A DNA stretch of 34,629 nucleotides from Octopus bimaculoides (taxonomy: Eukaryota): contig NC_068997.1 of NCBI RefSeq assembly GCF_001194135.2, forward strand, positions 35,587,639-35,622,267, in the 5' to 3' direction. Positions within the stretch are counted from its first letter, which is position 1; each line of letters starts with the position of its first letter. The position numbers were made by a program, and so were the translations under genes. The notes under the pieces are model-generated. The model worked only from the letters and a program-made list of their open reading frames with translations. It had not been told where the DNA came from and did not search any database. Of the stretch, positions 1-11,747 are shown piece after piece.

Positions 1-26
1 TATATATATATATATATATATATATG
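1..26. repeat. (TA)n microsatellite
   Basis: Direct reading. Confidence 0.95.
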
Positions 27-109
27 GTGCACTGTTCCATGAGGGTAAAATCAACAAAAAAGTACTCCATCTGGTGAGAGATAAATATTATTTAATAAAC
101 ACAGTATAT

Positions 110-300
110 ATTTTTTATGAGCTACTAATAGTTTCATGCAATGAAAACATCAATGCAATCTTCATGCTGTGCCCTGATGGCATAACAAGCTAAAACAGGA
201 TGAGAGAAAAAATTAGAAAGATGAGAAGGAAGTAGATGTAAAACGTGGAAGGTTGAAAAGGAAACTGAGAGGGAAAGAATGAGAGATAACTCCTTCTAAC
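110..300 (-). mobile_element. Probable Penelope-like tail remnant with a degenerate hammerhead-like motif (120-169)
   Basis: Minus strand AGC-ATGAAGA-stem-GAAACTATTAGTA-GCT next to a pyrimidine-rich tract, the same layout as the insertion at 22400-22880. Confidence 0.35.
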
Positions 301-402
301 TGTAAAGTCATGTGATTGAATGGATAGGGGTCTAGAGTCTTCGCCACACCTGCTCAGTTTGGAGATGGTGGTATTTCCCCACTCTGTGCGTGAAGCATGA
401 TT

Positions 403-534
403 GTGAAAGACACCATGTGCTCTGCCTGCAGCATCAAGGGTGAACTGGTGACCAACATCAAAGACAAAGTGAGGAATGCATGTGCCAAGTTCCAGAGCCA
501 TCTTTAGGCTGCAGTTGAAGCTGAGGGTAGCTAC
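403..534 (+). pseudogene. C-terminal fragment of a Tc1/mariner-superfamily transposase (maT/DD37D-like)
   Basis: Frame reads VKDTMCSACSIKGELVTNIKDKVRNACAKFQSHL*AAVEAEGSY, matching the ACxxFxxRLEAVxEAxGxY terminal helix. One stop at 505-507. Confidence 0.6.
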
Positions 535-586
535 TTATTATGTCCCAGCCATAATCTAGTAGATGTTTTTTGATTTTTAAAAAATA

Positions 587-1519
587 TTGGGTTGGCAACT
601 TAGTTCCTGCTGTTTTTTTTATAAATTTTGGAATTTATTGCTTTTTTATATTTTGGAATCTATTTTTTTTGAGAATTCTATTTTTGAATCATTTTGGAAT
701 CTATTTTGTTTTTTTTTCTAATTAATTTTTGTTTATTTTCAGATCATTAAATGGAATGTCAAGTTAATAAAAACGAGCATTTTCAACACCACCTTCTTTT
801 TGCTTTTAATCAAAGTTCTAAGGCCACAAAAGCTGCTTGTGACATTTGTGCTGTGTATGGAGAGGGTGCCATAGCTGAAAGAAGCGCTTGTGATTGGTAT
901 GCCAAGTTCAAAAATGGAAATTTTTACCTCAAAGATGCACCTTGTTCTGGCCACCCAGTTGAGTTCGATAAGAGTGATTAAACCAAATTTTGCATGAAAA
1001 TTCTCATCAAACGACAAGGGAACTGGCAGAGAAAATGGAATGTTCCCACACTGCTATAGAGAAGCATCTTCACTCGATGGGAAACATTGAGAAGTATGCA
1101 GCTTGGGTTCCGCATGCTTTAAGTGACAACAACAAAAATCAACAAGCCACAATCTCCGCTGGTTTGCTTGCTCGTCACTACTCAACTCATGGACACAAGC
1201 AACGATTTCTTTACTGAATCGTTATTGGCGACGAAAAATGGTACCTATACATCAATATGAAGCAGTGTAAGGAATGACTTAGCCCTGTTAAACAAGCAAC
1301 ACCGTGCGTGAAACAAGATCTTCATCCACGTAAAACGATGTTTTGCGTATGGTGGGACTGGGAAGGGATTATCCATTAGGAATTGCTTGAATGGAACCAA
1401 ACGGTCAATGCGGAACTCTATGTTCAACAGATGGAACGACTCAACATGGCTATTCAAGAGAAAAACCCTAATTGGCAGCATGGAGTTCTTCTGCTGCATG
1501 ACAATGCCTGCCCTCACAT
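587..1519 (+). mobile_element. Mariner (DD34D) transposon resembling the mellifera subfamily, decayed; 3' end lost in the assembly gap
   Basis: TA at 585-586 followed by the TIR TTGGGTTGGCAAC. Transposase from ATG 751 with the N-terminal HTH region, WVPHAL, GDEKW (about 1227), VWWDWEGI and HDNACPH. Frameshift near 975 and internal stops near 1215 and 1276. Confidence 0.92.
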
Positions 1520-1923
1520 NNNNNNNNNNNNNNNNNNNNNNNNNNNNNNNNNNNNNNNNNNNNNNNNNNNNNNNNNNNNNNNNNNNNNNNNNNNNNNNNN
1601 NNNNNNNNNNNNNNNNNNNNNNNNNNNNNNNNNNNNNNNNNNNNNNNNNNNNNNNNNNNNNNNNNNNNNNNNNNNNNNNNNNNNNNNNNNNNNNNNNNNN
1701 NNNNNNNNNNNNNNNNNNNNNNNNNNNNNNNNNNNNNNNNNNNNNNNNNNNNNNNNNNNNNNNNNNNNNNNNNNNNNNNNNNNNNNNNNNNNNNNNNNNN
1801 NNNNNNNNNNNNNNNNNNNNNNNNNNNNNNNNNNNNNNNNNNNNNNNNNNNNNNNNNNNNNNNNNNNNNNNNNNNNNNNNNNNNNNNNNNNNNNNNNNNN
1901 NNNNNNNNNNNNNNNNNNNNNNN
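1520..1923. other. Assembly gap (404 N)
   Basis: Run of N. Its size is about what the missing mariner 3' end would need. Confidence 1.
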
Positions 1924-2116
1924 CATTTTCATGATAAGAAGTTGTATGAATAAATTTGTTGAAATTTTACTGAACGAATCTGATTTGCTTCCATCCCTGT
2001 CCTGCCTTCACCACATCAACCTCATCTATCATCTACCAAGAAGTAAATGAAATCAACAATTTTACATTCAGTTTAATTTTTACACTTAATATTAAATCCT
2101 TTAAGAAAACTATATA

Positions 2117-3315
2117 CAGGAGTTGGACAAAATAATAGAAACACCTTAAAATTTCAAACAAATTTATTTTAATATGAGATAGGACCGCCTTTGGCAATAA
2201 TTACAGCTTGAATTCTATGAGGTATAGACTTGTATAAAGTTTGAATTGTTTCCAAAAGAATTTTTCTCCGTTCTTCAGTTTCCAGTTCTTGTAGCAATGA
2301 TAGTCGAGGACATAGACTCCTTACTTGTTTTTCTAAAATGCACCATAGATGTTTAACTTCACTGGAATGTTCCTCGTGCCATTCAGTAGCAACTTTAGCT
2401 GTGTGAATTGGTGCATCATCATCCTAAAAAATTGTGTTTCCCTCTGAAACAGTTCCGCAAACATAGGATGAATTTGATCAGATAAAATGCTTAAATAATC
2501 TTGACTATTAATTCTGCCATGAAGGGAAACCATTGGGCTGGCGGATTTCCAAGATATAGCCCCCCTCCCCGATCATCACAGATTCTCCTCCATGTTTAAC
2601 AGTTGGAAGAAGGCAGTCTGGGTCAAATGCTTCTTTTGGCTGTCTCCACATGTATACTTGGTCGGTGGTCGGAAATGAGGTAAAGGATGACTCGTCTGAG
2701 AAAATAACATTCTTCCACTGCTCTAGGGACCAAATCTGTAGGTTTTTACTCCATTCTAAATGCATTGCAACATTTGTTTTTGAAAGTAGAGAGGCTTTTT
2801 GATTGCAGCCCTCCTGTGAAATCTGGGTTTGTGCAGCTCCTGGTAAACAGTTTTTGTGGAAACTGGATTCTTGAGGTGGTCATTAAGCTCTGCAGTAATT
2901 TTGGTAGCTGTGCTTTTGCGATCCTTTCTAACAATTCGTGTAAGAGTCTGACGGTCCCTGTCTGAAAGTTTTGGTTTTCTTCTGGAGTATTGTTTTGATG
3001 AGGAGGTTTTTCCCTCTTTCTCAAAGGCTGTCATTACTTCTTGAAACACCAAACATTTCGGCTGTTTATTTTATGCTAGCACCTGCCATATGAGCACCAA
3101 CAATTTGACCTCTTTGAAAGTTCGATAGATCTGTCATTTTAATGAATTTTAATTACCTTTTTCTTATGATATCTGATAAACAACAATTTTAGCAAAACAT
3201 ATTAAACAACACTAATAATAAATCAAAAAACATAAAAGTAAACAAGCTTTTGATGGTTTCATAGATATTTCGAAATTATGATGCTAGGTATTTCCATTAT
3301 TTTGTCCAGCCCCTG
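2117..3315 (-). mobile_element. Near full-length Tc1-like (DD34E) transposon, dead
   Basis: TA on both sides (2115-2116, 3316-3317) and about 29-bp TIRs (CAGGAGTTGGACAAAATAATAGAAACACC and its inverse). Transposase runs ATG 3137 to stop 2169 with FQRGQIVGA, WKNVIFSDES, KHGG and QDDDAPIH. It has frameshifts, and the SPDLNxIE segment holding the catalytic Glu is deleted (EVKHL|WCILE). Confidence 0.93.
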
Positions 3316-3534
3316 TATATGTATTTAAATGCTACTTACATTGTATTTTCATGTTCAGTGTACAGTGTATATATTTCCAATATTGTATACATATAAAATA
3401 TTAATCCCTACTACTAGTTATTTCAGACAATCAGCTACAGTGGATACACTTTCCTCCTTTTAGTACAGTTAATACTTTACTGTATATAAAATATAAATTT
3501 TAATGCAGATTAAACTACAGTAAGATAGTGAAGT

Positions 3535-3556
3535 TAACCCTAACCCTAACCCTAAC
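3535..3556. repeat. (TAACCC)3 + TAAC, short interstitial telomere-like repeat
   Basis: Direct reading. Confidence 0.85.
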
Positions 3557-3980
3557 ACTTATTGTAACTGCACTACTTCTGCAATTTTGTATACTTCTTT
3601 CCAAAATCTTTAAAACAGTGATTGGAAAATGAAATAAATATTAATGAAGTATTTAGTTTTGTCTAATTGGCATGAGGAAAACTAGTGTGTTTCCACAGAA
3701 CCTTTTTAAAGTACTTATTTATCTGGTGACATCATTAACTCACAACTTTTCAAGTCTACAGATGCACAAATATTTTAAATTACAGGTAAAATTTTGATTG
3801 ATATAAGCAGGTTTTGAATTAAAAGACTTAATAGGCAGGAGAAATAACAACAATGATGATATTAGAGTCTGGCATCCATTATATAATTACTGTTGCAGAG
3901 GAATTTTCAATTGAATTTTTTTTAAATAAAAGATTGAAAAGAAATTACATCATATATTCCAATAAAGAAATTCATTACAT

Positions 3981-3986
3981 TTTATT
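3981..3986 (-). promoter_or_regulatory. Candidate AATAAA polyadenylation signal of METTL25B
   Basis: First minus-strand AATAAA I see downstream of the stop (about 140 nt). The region is AT-rich, so it could be chance. Confidence 0.35.
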
Positions 3987-4124
3987 GAAAGTGAAGAATA
4001 TAAAGCTGTAAGTGTCTGGCTGTGACCAAGAAAATTATAACTTTAGAATGTTCACCAAATACTAAATGATTACTTATAGTATTGTCCAGTATGTTTGACT
4101 GAGAAAATGATTATATAAACCATA

Positions 4125-4210
4125 TCAATGTAATGATTTTGCTGCAAGTAGTACGAAGTTTCTAGGTGACAGAAGCGGTTCAAATATTGGTACCAGAGCA
4201 CAAGGTATAC
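4125..4210 (-). CDS. METTL25B: METTL25B terminal coding exon (GIPCALVPIFEPLLSPRNFVLLAAKSLH*); not in the supplied ORF track
   Basis: tttcAG acceptor at 4211-4212, phase match, PIFxPxxSPRN family signature, and TGA stop at 4125-4127. Confidence 0.93.
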
Positions 4211-5027
4211 CTGAAAGACAAGAAACAATGTTAAAACTGATATAAAAGATGAGATAAATCTATTGATAAATGTATCTTAATATTTATAGAAATTGTTTTT
4301 TAAACAAAGCTGAAACCAAAATCTTTAAATGTATTCCTTGAAAATAATATGCTAGTTACTTTCCAGAACTCACATTTTACATACATGACTGTATGACGTT
4401 TTTTTAATTCTGTGAATTCACCCTCTAAAGAAGAGGCTAGTTCTTATTTAAAAAGAAAGCTTAAACATAGGACTTCATACATTAAAAAAACATATAGAGT
4501 TACATCCTAAAATTTACAAAAGTTTTAAACATATTCACTGCTCTGCTTACAGATTAAATTTGCACAATATGTGTTAGTCATTTCTTGATCTGCAAATCTC
4601 AACGTTTTGAGATTATTACTTAAACATTCAGTAACATAAGTAAGTATGCCAATGATTATGCAGACATATCAAAATTTATAGAGTGATTCCTTGGTAGATA
4701 GCATTTTAGAGTAGTTGCTAATTATATGTAAAAGTTTCCACACAGTGTCACACATTCAATAATTTCAATTGCATTTTGTTGATTAACTTTTTCATTATTC
4801 ATCAGGTATTTTATAGTTATCTCTTGTTCTTGAGTTGCAAAAGCATGACTTTTAAAATGTGATGTGATCCAAATATCTTATTTTACATCGCAATTAGTAA
4901 ACAACATTGTTGGTTACATGTTTCCAATGGTGAGTCAAGGGAGTGTCTATAACTTTTTATAAAACACATTTTCCAAAGGATTTTATTTGAAGAGTACTGG
5001 TTTTTCAGTTTTCTTGCTGTTCCGTTT

Positions 5028-5049
5028 ACACACACACACACACACACAC
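5028..5049. repeat. (AC)n microsatellite
   Basis: Direct reading. Confidence 0.95.
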
Positions 5050-5174
5050 TTATTTACACAAATAGAGAGACAGACAAATATAAATATGATGTACTTCTGC
5101 ACAGTTCTATTAAAAAAATTCCACTCACACCATACTGGTCAACACGGGGCTACAATAGAAAACACTTACCATAC

Positions 5175-5656
5175 AATATTCTAGGTTCACATGGGATATC
5201 AACAGCTGCTACTTCTTGAGGAATTCATTACTAAGTTACAACATTATTTGACTGATGTATGTATTTCTGCTGATGATATAACAGGTACTGCCTGAGTGAT
5301 ACTATACAACAGTCAAAGATAGTGAAATGGAATTTAATTCAGATCCATATGGTTACAAATCCAATATATTAGTCACACAGCCATACTTGCACCCAAGTCT
5401 AAGAGAGGTTACACTCCCAATCATTATTTGCATCATTTTTAGTTTATTTATATGTAACTTTTTACTAGTAAACAGTATTTCTTATCCATCTCTCTGTTGA
5501 GATAGATCTATGAATATTCTAAGTTCATATGGGATATCAACAGCTGCTGCTTCTTGAGGAATTCATTACTAAGTTACAACATTATTTGACTGATGTATGT
5601 ATTTCTGCTGCTGATATCACAGGTACTGCCTGAGTGATACTATACAACAGTCAAAG
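5175..5656. repeat. 144-bp direct repeat (5175-5318 and 5513-5656; period 338)
   Basis: The two copies align without gaps and with only a handful of substitutions. Confidence 0.92.
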
Positions 5657-6251
5657 GCTCTCTAGGCTATCTCTTCTGAAATAGGATCAGTCAGTATTTG
5701 AGAGCTTCCAGTTGATGTTAACACCTTACAGGTTATAATATCAATAAAACAGATTTATTCTACAGACTGATTACATTCCAAATGTGGTTCTGAAAATTCA
5801 ATATGAGATAGTATTGTTGTAACAGAGAACTCTTATACACATACATTTTTTAAAGCTTTATGTAATACTCTTTGGTTATTCTTTGTTCACAGTATTGTTG
5901 TATGACAGATTTTCTTCCATATCAAAATGCTTATAGCGCTCATTATTTGGAGTAGAGGAGATAGGGAAATCCTTGATGTGAATGCTTTCAGTTTGGAAAG
6001 TAATTTTCCAACATTCAGTGTTGTATATGAACATTTATCTTAGTGAATTCCATTCCTATACAACTGAAAACATTATTTTTTAATCTCTTTCTCAACTCTG
6101 TGAAAAAGAGTACACATGTATTTACATACCTAAAATGAAATCAATCTCCATTTTTTACTCCATGGTTTGTTTCAAGACAAAAAGAATGACCTAGAAATGA
6201 TTATTTGCATAATCAATTTCTCTTAGAGATTTTGGGAAAACAAAAATTTAC

Positions 6252-6442
6252 CTGATTCCAAAATGTAAAGCATTCTATCAAGTAAGACGAGTGTTTCAAT
6301 AACAGGCGCAATAGAAAGACGTAAAGTATAAAAACAAACTATATCTTTCCATTGATTTTCAGTTGCTTTGCACTGATCAATTATGCCAGGAGGTACTTGT
6401 GATATGCTGAATCCAAGAGATTTTAAAGCTTTCTCCAAGTAC
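6252..6442 (-). CDS. METTL25B: METTL25B exon (191 bp, YLEKALKSLGF...FYTLRLSIAPVIETLVLLDRMLYILES)
   Basis: ttttcttAG acceptor at 6443-6444 and G|GTAAAT donor at 6251. APxxETLxLLDRxxYxxE is the conserved C-terminal family motif. Confidence 0.93.
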
Positions 6443-6869
6443 CTAAGAAAATAAAGAATTAAATGTGAGATAGTATACCAAAATATTTTATAAAACTTTA
6501 TTTTCATTAATTTAATAGTTGTGTCATAACCCACCTCAATAGATTATATTATTTTTTATATGAAAATTTCTATTCAATTGATTCTTCTGGTTATTACTTA
6601 TACAAAATGTATTTAATATCCTAGTGCTATGTTTGCTTTATTGCAAATGTAGTCACTTTTCTTCACACAATGTTATTTTAGTTAAACAATTCAAGTCTGA
6701 TATGACAACTGTTAGTGAGAATCAGCAGTGGGAGGTACTTTATGGCTGACAATTTTCTGCAGAAAACATAAAGTGTATCTAAATCTATTCAGATATCTAA
6801 TTCTTTTTTCTTTTGTACCGAATGTATTTTTGTAATGATAAAATTATTTTATTACTATTTACTCTTGAT

Positions 6870-7160
6870 TAAAATACCCAGAACAACTGCATTAATCTGT
6901 GAGGGCCTTCAAAGATCATGTGTAAAACATCCTCCTCATACAAAAAATTTAATGGATCATACCTAATTCGTTTCTCACAAATCTTTGCAGATCATTAATG
7001 CTCAAAGCATCACACCCTTTACATATACTTCATACAGTCTGTTTTTATATGAAGAAAGACATCCTTTATTGCCAAACAGAATCAAGAATTCTTTGCTCTT
7101 CCACACCTTTCTTGCTCTGACTAAAACACTTTCACTATAACCATCCAGCGCTAATTAGAT
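6870..7160 (-). mobile_element. RTE-clade LINE fragment (region C-terminal to the RT domain)
   Basis: Minus-strand SESVLVRARKVW...KNRLYEVYVKGVML resembles the RTE motif ESVxARIRIGW...KGRLYxxCVRxxML. Degenerate. Confidence 0.55.
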
Positions 7161-8004
7161 TAATTATTTAACGCACATACTGTCTACAAGCCCTTAAAGT
7201 TCAAAGAATTCATTTCTTAGGTGCCCTTATTATTAATTACTATGCCTGTACATCTAATATATTTTAGGTTATGGTTCTCAGTTAATCAGTGAGAAATTCC
7301 ATACCACCTTTTATATACAAATTGGCTACACAGGATTAAATTCCTACCAACTCTTGAGTAAGTAAAGATACCAAGATGACACTAGGATTTTGTGCTCACT
7401 CTTATTAATCAATAATTAAGTATATGCAATGTTAAGTTTCTAGAACATTCTTCTGATTTCAAATAATTTCTGCTGTTCTTAAACAGATTCTGCAATGAAA
7501 ATCAGTTTCTGAAAACATCACCAGTTCTGAATGCTCAAGAACTATACTGAATAGAAAGGTGCTGATAACTGAACCCTGGACAAACTTCTTCATTAAATTT
7601 ATTGAGAAATCTATTACTAGATATGACTTGCATTAATTTTCACAAATCACTTGTTTATATCTTAGATTCTTAATATCCAGCAAATTATAGTACACTGTAA
7701 AAATGTGAATTAGAATTGTTTTTCTTAGATAAGAACTTCCCTGGTATATAAACCTCACCACTACCACTGACTGGATGGTCATAGTATGGTTCTGTTTTTA
7801 CTAATATTTGATAAATTGATAATTAAATTCTGATTCCTTGCTGACCTGTTGAATATGTGTATATTTTTAGCACATGTACAGAAACAAAGTGAATTAGATA
7901 GTGTTATTTTGGTTTTACAAAATTTCTAGTTTGGAATTTAAAGTAATAGATTCTAACAAAGGCAAAAAAGACACCTTCAAATGTAGTGCACTCTGAAATA
8001 GCTA

Positions 8005-8596
8005 CAAGGTGCATTCCAGAAGTTTTGAGACTTTTTCAGGAGACACATTTATTAATGTCGAAGAAGTACAAAACTCTAATCTCCTTCAAAGTAGGATCCT
8101 CTGACTTCAATGCACTTGTAGTGCTCCAGTCACTTTGTGAAGACCCCATGGAAGTCCTCAATAGTGAAGGTGTCCAGGGTCCTCGTTACAGCCTCCTTCA
8201 TCTTCTCCTTTGAAATAACAAAAGTTGGCAGGTTAGCTTATTAAATGTATAGTAAGGATATACTAAAATTACAATTATGTAGGACATTTATAGGTGCGTG
8301 GCTTAGTGGTTAGGGTGTTGAACTCATGATCATGAGATTGTGGTTTTGATTCCTGGACTAGGTGATGTGTTGTGTTCTTGAGCAAACACATCATTTTCAT
8401 GTTGCTGCAGTCCACTCAGCTGGCAAAAATGAGTAATCCTACAATAGACCAGCATCTCATCCAGGGGGAAATGTATGCACCATGGAAACTGACCCTATGA
8501 GTCTATATGACTTAGGAAGGAACTTTATCCGTTATCTTTAGGACATTTATATCTGGTTCTCCTAAAAATGTCTGAAAACTTCTGGAATGCATCTTG
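8005..8596 (-). mobile_element. Internally deleted mariner (irritans-like) with both TIRs, interrupted by a SINE
   Basis: Inverted ends CAAGGTGCATTCCAGAAGTTTTGAGAC (8005) and GTCTGAAAACTTCTGGAATGCATCTTG (to 8596), with TA at 8003-8004. Minus frame KMKEAVTRTLDTFTIEDFHGVFTK*LEHY-KCIEVRGSYFEGD* is a mariner C-terminus. Confidence 0.85.
8293..8538 (+). mobile_element. tRNA-derived SINE with a 13-bp target-site duplication
   Basis: A-box-like TGGCTTAGTGG (8299-8309) and B-box-like GGTTTTGATTCC (8342-8353). TSD TAGGACATTTATA at 8280-8292 and 8539-8551. Confidence 0.88.
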
Positions 8597-9137
8597 TTTA
8601 TGTTAATATAACATCTCACTGTTAAGGTAACATTTGCGATTTCTGTACACCAATTAATATTCTATATTGTTTATATGTCTAAATTTACAGGGCTCTTTCT
8701 CGTAAAAATTTTTAAAACTGTAGTGAGAAATTTTGTCTGCTAGACTTTCAATTTTGTTTCATTGTACTAACATATTCAGTGCAACAGACTTCTTGACAAG
8801 AAGGCTTTTAGTTTTGTTTAAATAGGATTATGGCTGGGGATTAAAAGAAATTTTACTGTTCTGAAAAATTTGTTATAACCTGTAGAACAATTGCAGCGTA
8901 AAAAAGTTAATCAAAGAGGCTTTAACAGAATGTATCTGAATGAAAAAAGGCAAAAGGCTGGGTATCAGAAGAACATCTCTCTACTTAGTCAAAAGTACAA
9001 AGACAATTAGATAGCAACAGTTTCTTTAGTGGAATTCAATCTGTTGCAAATATTCAGGCAAAGTCTCTGCTTTCAGGATAAATTCCTCTAGTTACATTAT
9101 TGTCTAAGAGGCCCTAACAAAAAGCAGAGCAGCCTGG

Positions 9138-9200
9138 TTGCACCCTCTTCCTGATTAAATAGTAAAATACTTGCACTCTCTTCCTGATTAAACAGTAAAA
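9138..9200. repeat. 30-bp tandem duplication (period 33) followed by an A-run
   Basis: TTGCACCCTCTTCCTGATTAAATAGTAAAA versus TTGCACTCTCTTCCTGATTAAACAGTAAAA. Confidence 0.85.
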
Positions 9201-10489
9201 AAAAAAGATAAGTATCAAAGGCCAAGTAACATCCCACTAGTATACATCTTGTTTATGATCCATTTTCACACTCTTCTCTAAAAAACATGTTTTTTTTTTC
9301 TAGCACTCTGCACTCCAACATAACTAATTAGCCCTTTAATTTACATGCTTTTCAAATTCATTCACTACTTTCTTTGTGTACTTCCCACTTGTTTGTCTAC
9401 ATTTAGTATGTTATTTTTTTCCTTATTTACTTTCACATTTGCCTCTATTAACTAGCATGTTATCTTGTTGAGAAATTATATACCTAAACTGATAAAAATT
9501 TATAAACAGAAACTGATTTTGTTTTTGGAATATCAGGATATAATCTGATTGTAATTTGTTTTCAGACACAAAGAAGTCACATCAAAATAGCCAAGAGTTT
9601 GTATGTTTATTTTCATTTATTTTAAGATTAGTAGGTTTGGCAATGTTAGCACATTACGCAATATGACAATAACCACTATGTAAAATACAAAGCAACTTGT
9701 CTTGCCTAGAAATTTTTAATGATATTTCAGTAATTAAGGATTTTTCAGGCCTATATTTTACAACATAGCTTCAAGAGAGAATAATAATTTGAAGAAGACA
9801 TACATGAGCCTATTTGTGAACCAGAAACTGGAATGTATAATAAAGTTAGAGTCTAGTGGTTTGATGTCAAAAGTTTCAGTCATACACAAAACTAAGGTCA
9901 AACCCATTGCATTTTCTCTGAAATATAATGTTGGTGCAAATTTTACATCATCATTTTGTTAGTGCAAGGAAGTATACGAGAATTGCAATAAATACAAATT
10001 ATTGGGAGGTTGTAATTGTGGAGATTCAAAGTGCTACTTCCAAGCTAGCTTGGCATGCAGGCATTAATAATTTGGAAATCACCATGGAATAAGTAAAATT
10101 TTAATCTATGGTGAATCAGGCAGTTTGTCAGCCAATAAAATCAGAGGAGGTTAAACTACTTAAGTGTGAAGGGCTTCTAATTTTCACAATGCAGAATGAG
10201 GATAAAACAGTTGTATTGGCAGCTTTTACTCTGGAATATACACACCTTTAAGAATAAAACCTCTAAGCTGGTTGGAAATTAACTATGGCATGTTTTTTTG
10301 ACATTGTCCCGTGTGAATGCAAATGGTCAATATGTGTGGAAATTCTGAAATACATAATGCACAGGTAACTAGTGTATTATTACCACATAAAGAAATCATA
10401 GTTCAACATGTAAATCTTTAATGGTTGTTTTTTTTTTGCATATCATTCATGCAGTGTGTGAACTCCAAGAAGATATTCTTAACTTTTAC

Positions 10490-11250
10490 TGATGAAGTGA
10501 AGTGCTAGTAATTTTGATCACCAACTTGTTAGTAATGATGGTAAAATAAAATGTATGTCCTTTCAAACCAGTGTTACTTCCCTGATCCAGTCTATGGGTC
10601 AAAATATAATTGTAGCCTGTAAAATATTATACGTTCTTGTTGTGATATAAGAGGAAGATGCACAACAACATAAATTCTTAGTAACATGAAAAACTACAAC
10701 CTCAAGACTGCAATATTCAATTCATCAGCTGCATCGAAGGTACTGAAGACTACCATTTTGCCAATGCTTGGAAAAAAATTTCTATGTGATGTAGCAGTAA
10801 AAAATTATTTTGAAGGATTTGAGACAAGAGATTTTCAACATATGCTTCAGAGAGCAAGCACAAAAATGTTACAGAAAATGTCAGAATCTGGTTAGAGGAT
10901 ATGAAGAGTGATCCTGGATACCAAGAGTTACCTGAAGAAATAGTGGATGAAATCATCATTAATGCCAGCAGAATTAGTGAGGATAATGAAAATGATAAAA
11001 CATTATATCCAAGAAACCATTATTTTGTACATTGACTTATCAAAAAAAAAAAAAAAATGATATTCAGTAATATTATCAACATCTTAAAAGAATTCATTAT
11101 CCAGAAGCATCTGTAGCAACAAGATAAAGATTGAATCTGGACACATTCTTCAAGTCAGTTAATTCCAATCCAGCTGCAGTAGTTCAACTTGGTGATTATA
11201 TTGATACTTATGTTAATGTCTTGGTTCCTCTTCAGTCACCTTAGACAGAC
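10490..11250 (+). mobile_element. Decayed Tigger/pogo (CENP-B-like DDE_1) transposase remnant
   Basis: Broken frames SNDGKIKCMSFQTSVTSLIQSMGQNII (compare LPPNTTSLIQPMDQGII), NYNLKTAIF...NAWKK and DPGYQEL.EEIV. Confidence 0.65.
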
Positions 11251-11747
11251 TTCTACAAGAGAAACGCACAAACTAATGAAGCACCATAATACAATTGGGT
11301 CATAATGAAAAGGTATCATCTCTATCCACTACCTTCAAGTTTATCTGTCTGCTGCCACAGTTAAATGAAGTTAAGAATTTACAATACAGTATTAATTTTT
11401 TAATTTTTATATACTGTAATGTCACATATAATATATATTTGTTTCATATAGCAATACTATGTTTATAGCATTTTCTGTAATTTTGTTTCAGTTTATCATA
11501 TTCAACATACAGTGTATATATTTCTAACATTGTAACATGATAATCATAAAAAGAGCATTGGAACCTCACTTGAGCTAAAAGTTCATAAATTTAATCTCAG
11601 CAGGATGACATACTTATAAAATTGTTAAAAATGACACTGAATAGCAAACTATCTGAACTGTAGTATTCTATACCAAGATGAAAACCCCACCTATCAAACA
11701 CTTCTACTAAGGTGTTTCTGTAACATCAAAAATACGCATAAGAAATA

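Noticed and set aside
1383-1953. Long ORFs spanning 1383-1953
   Set aside because: They are open only because N codons translate as X; the real part is mariner transposase.
6443-6534. N-terminal part of the 103-aa ORF as coding
   Set aside because: It lies upstream of a clear acceptor; phase-consistent splicing starts the exon at 6442.
8293-8360. SINE heads here and at 33652 as tRNA genes
   Set aside because: They have A/B-box-like motifs but no complete cloverleaf or acceptor stem, and they continue into SINE bodies.
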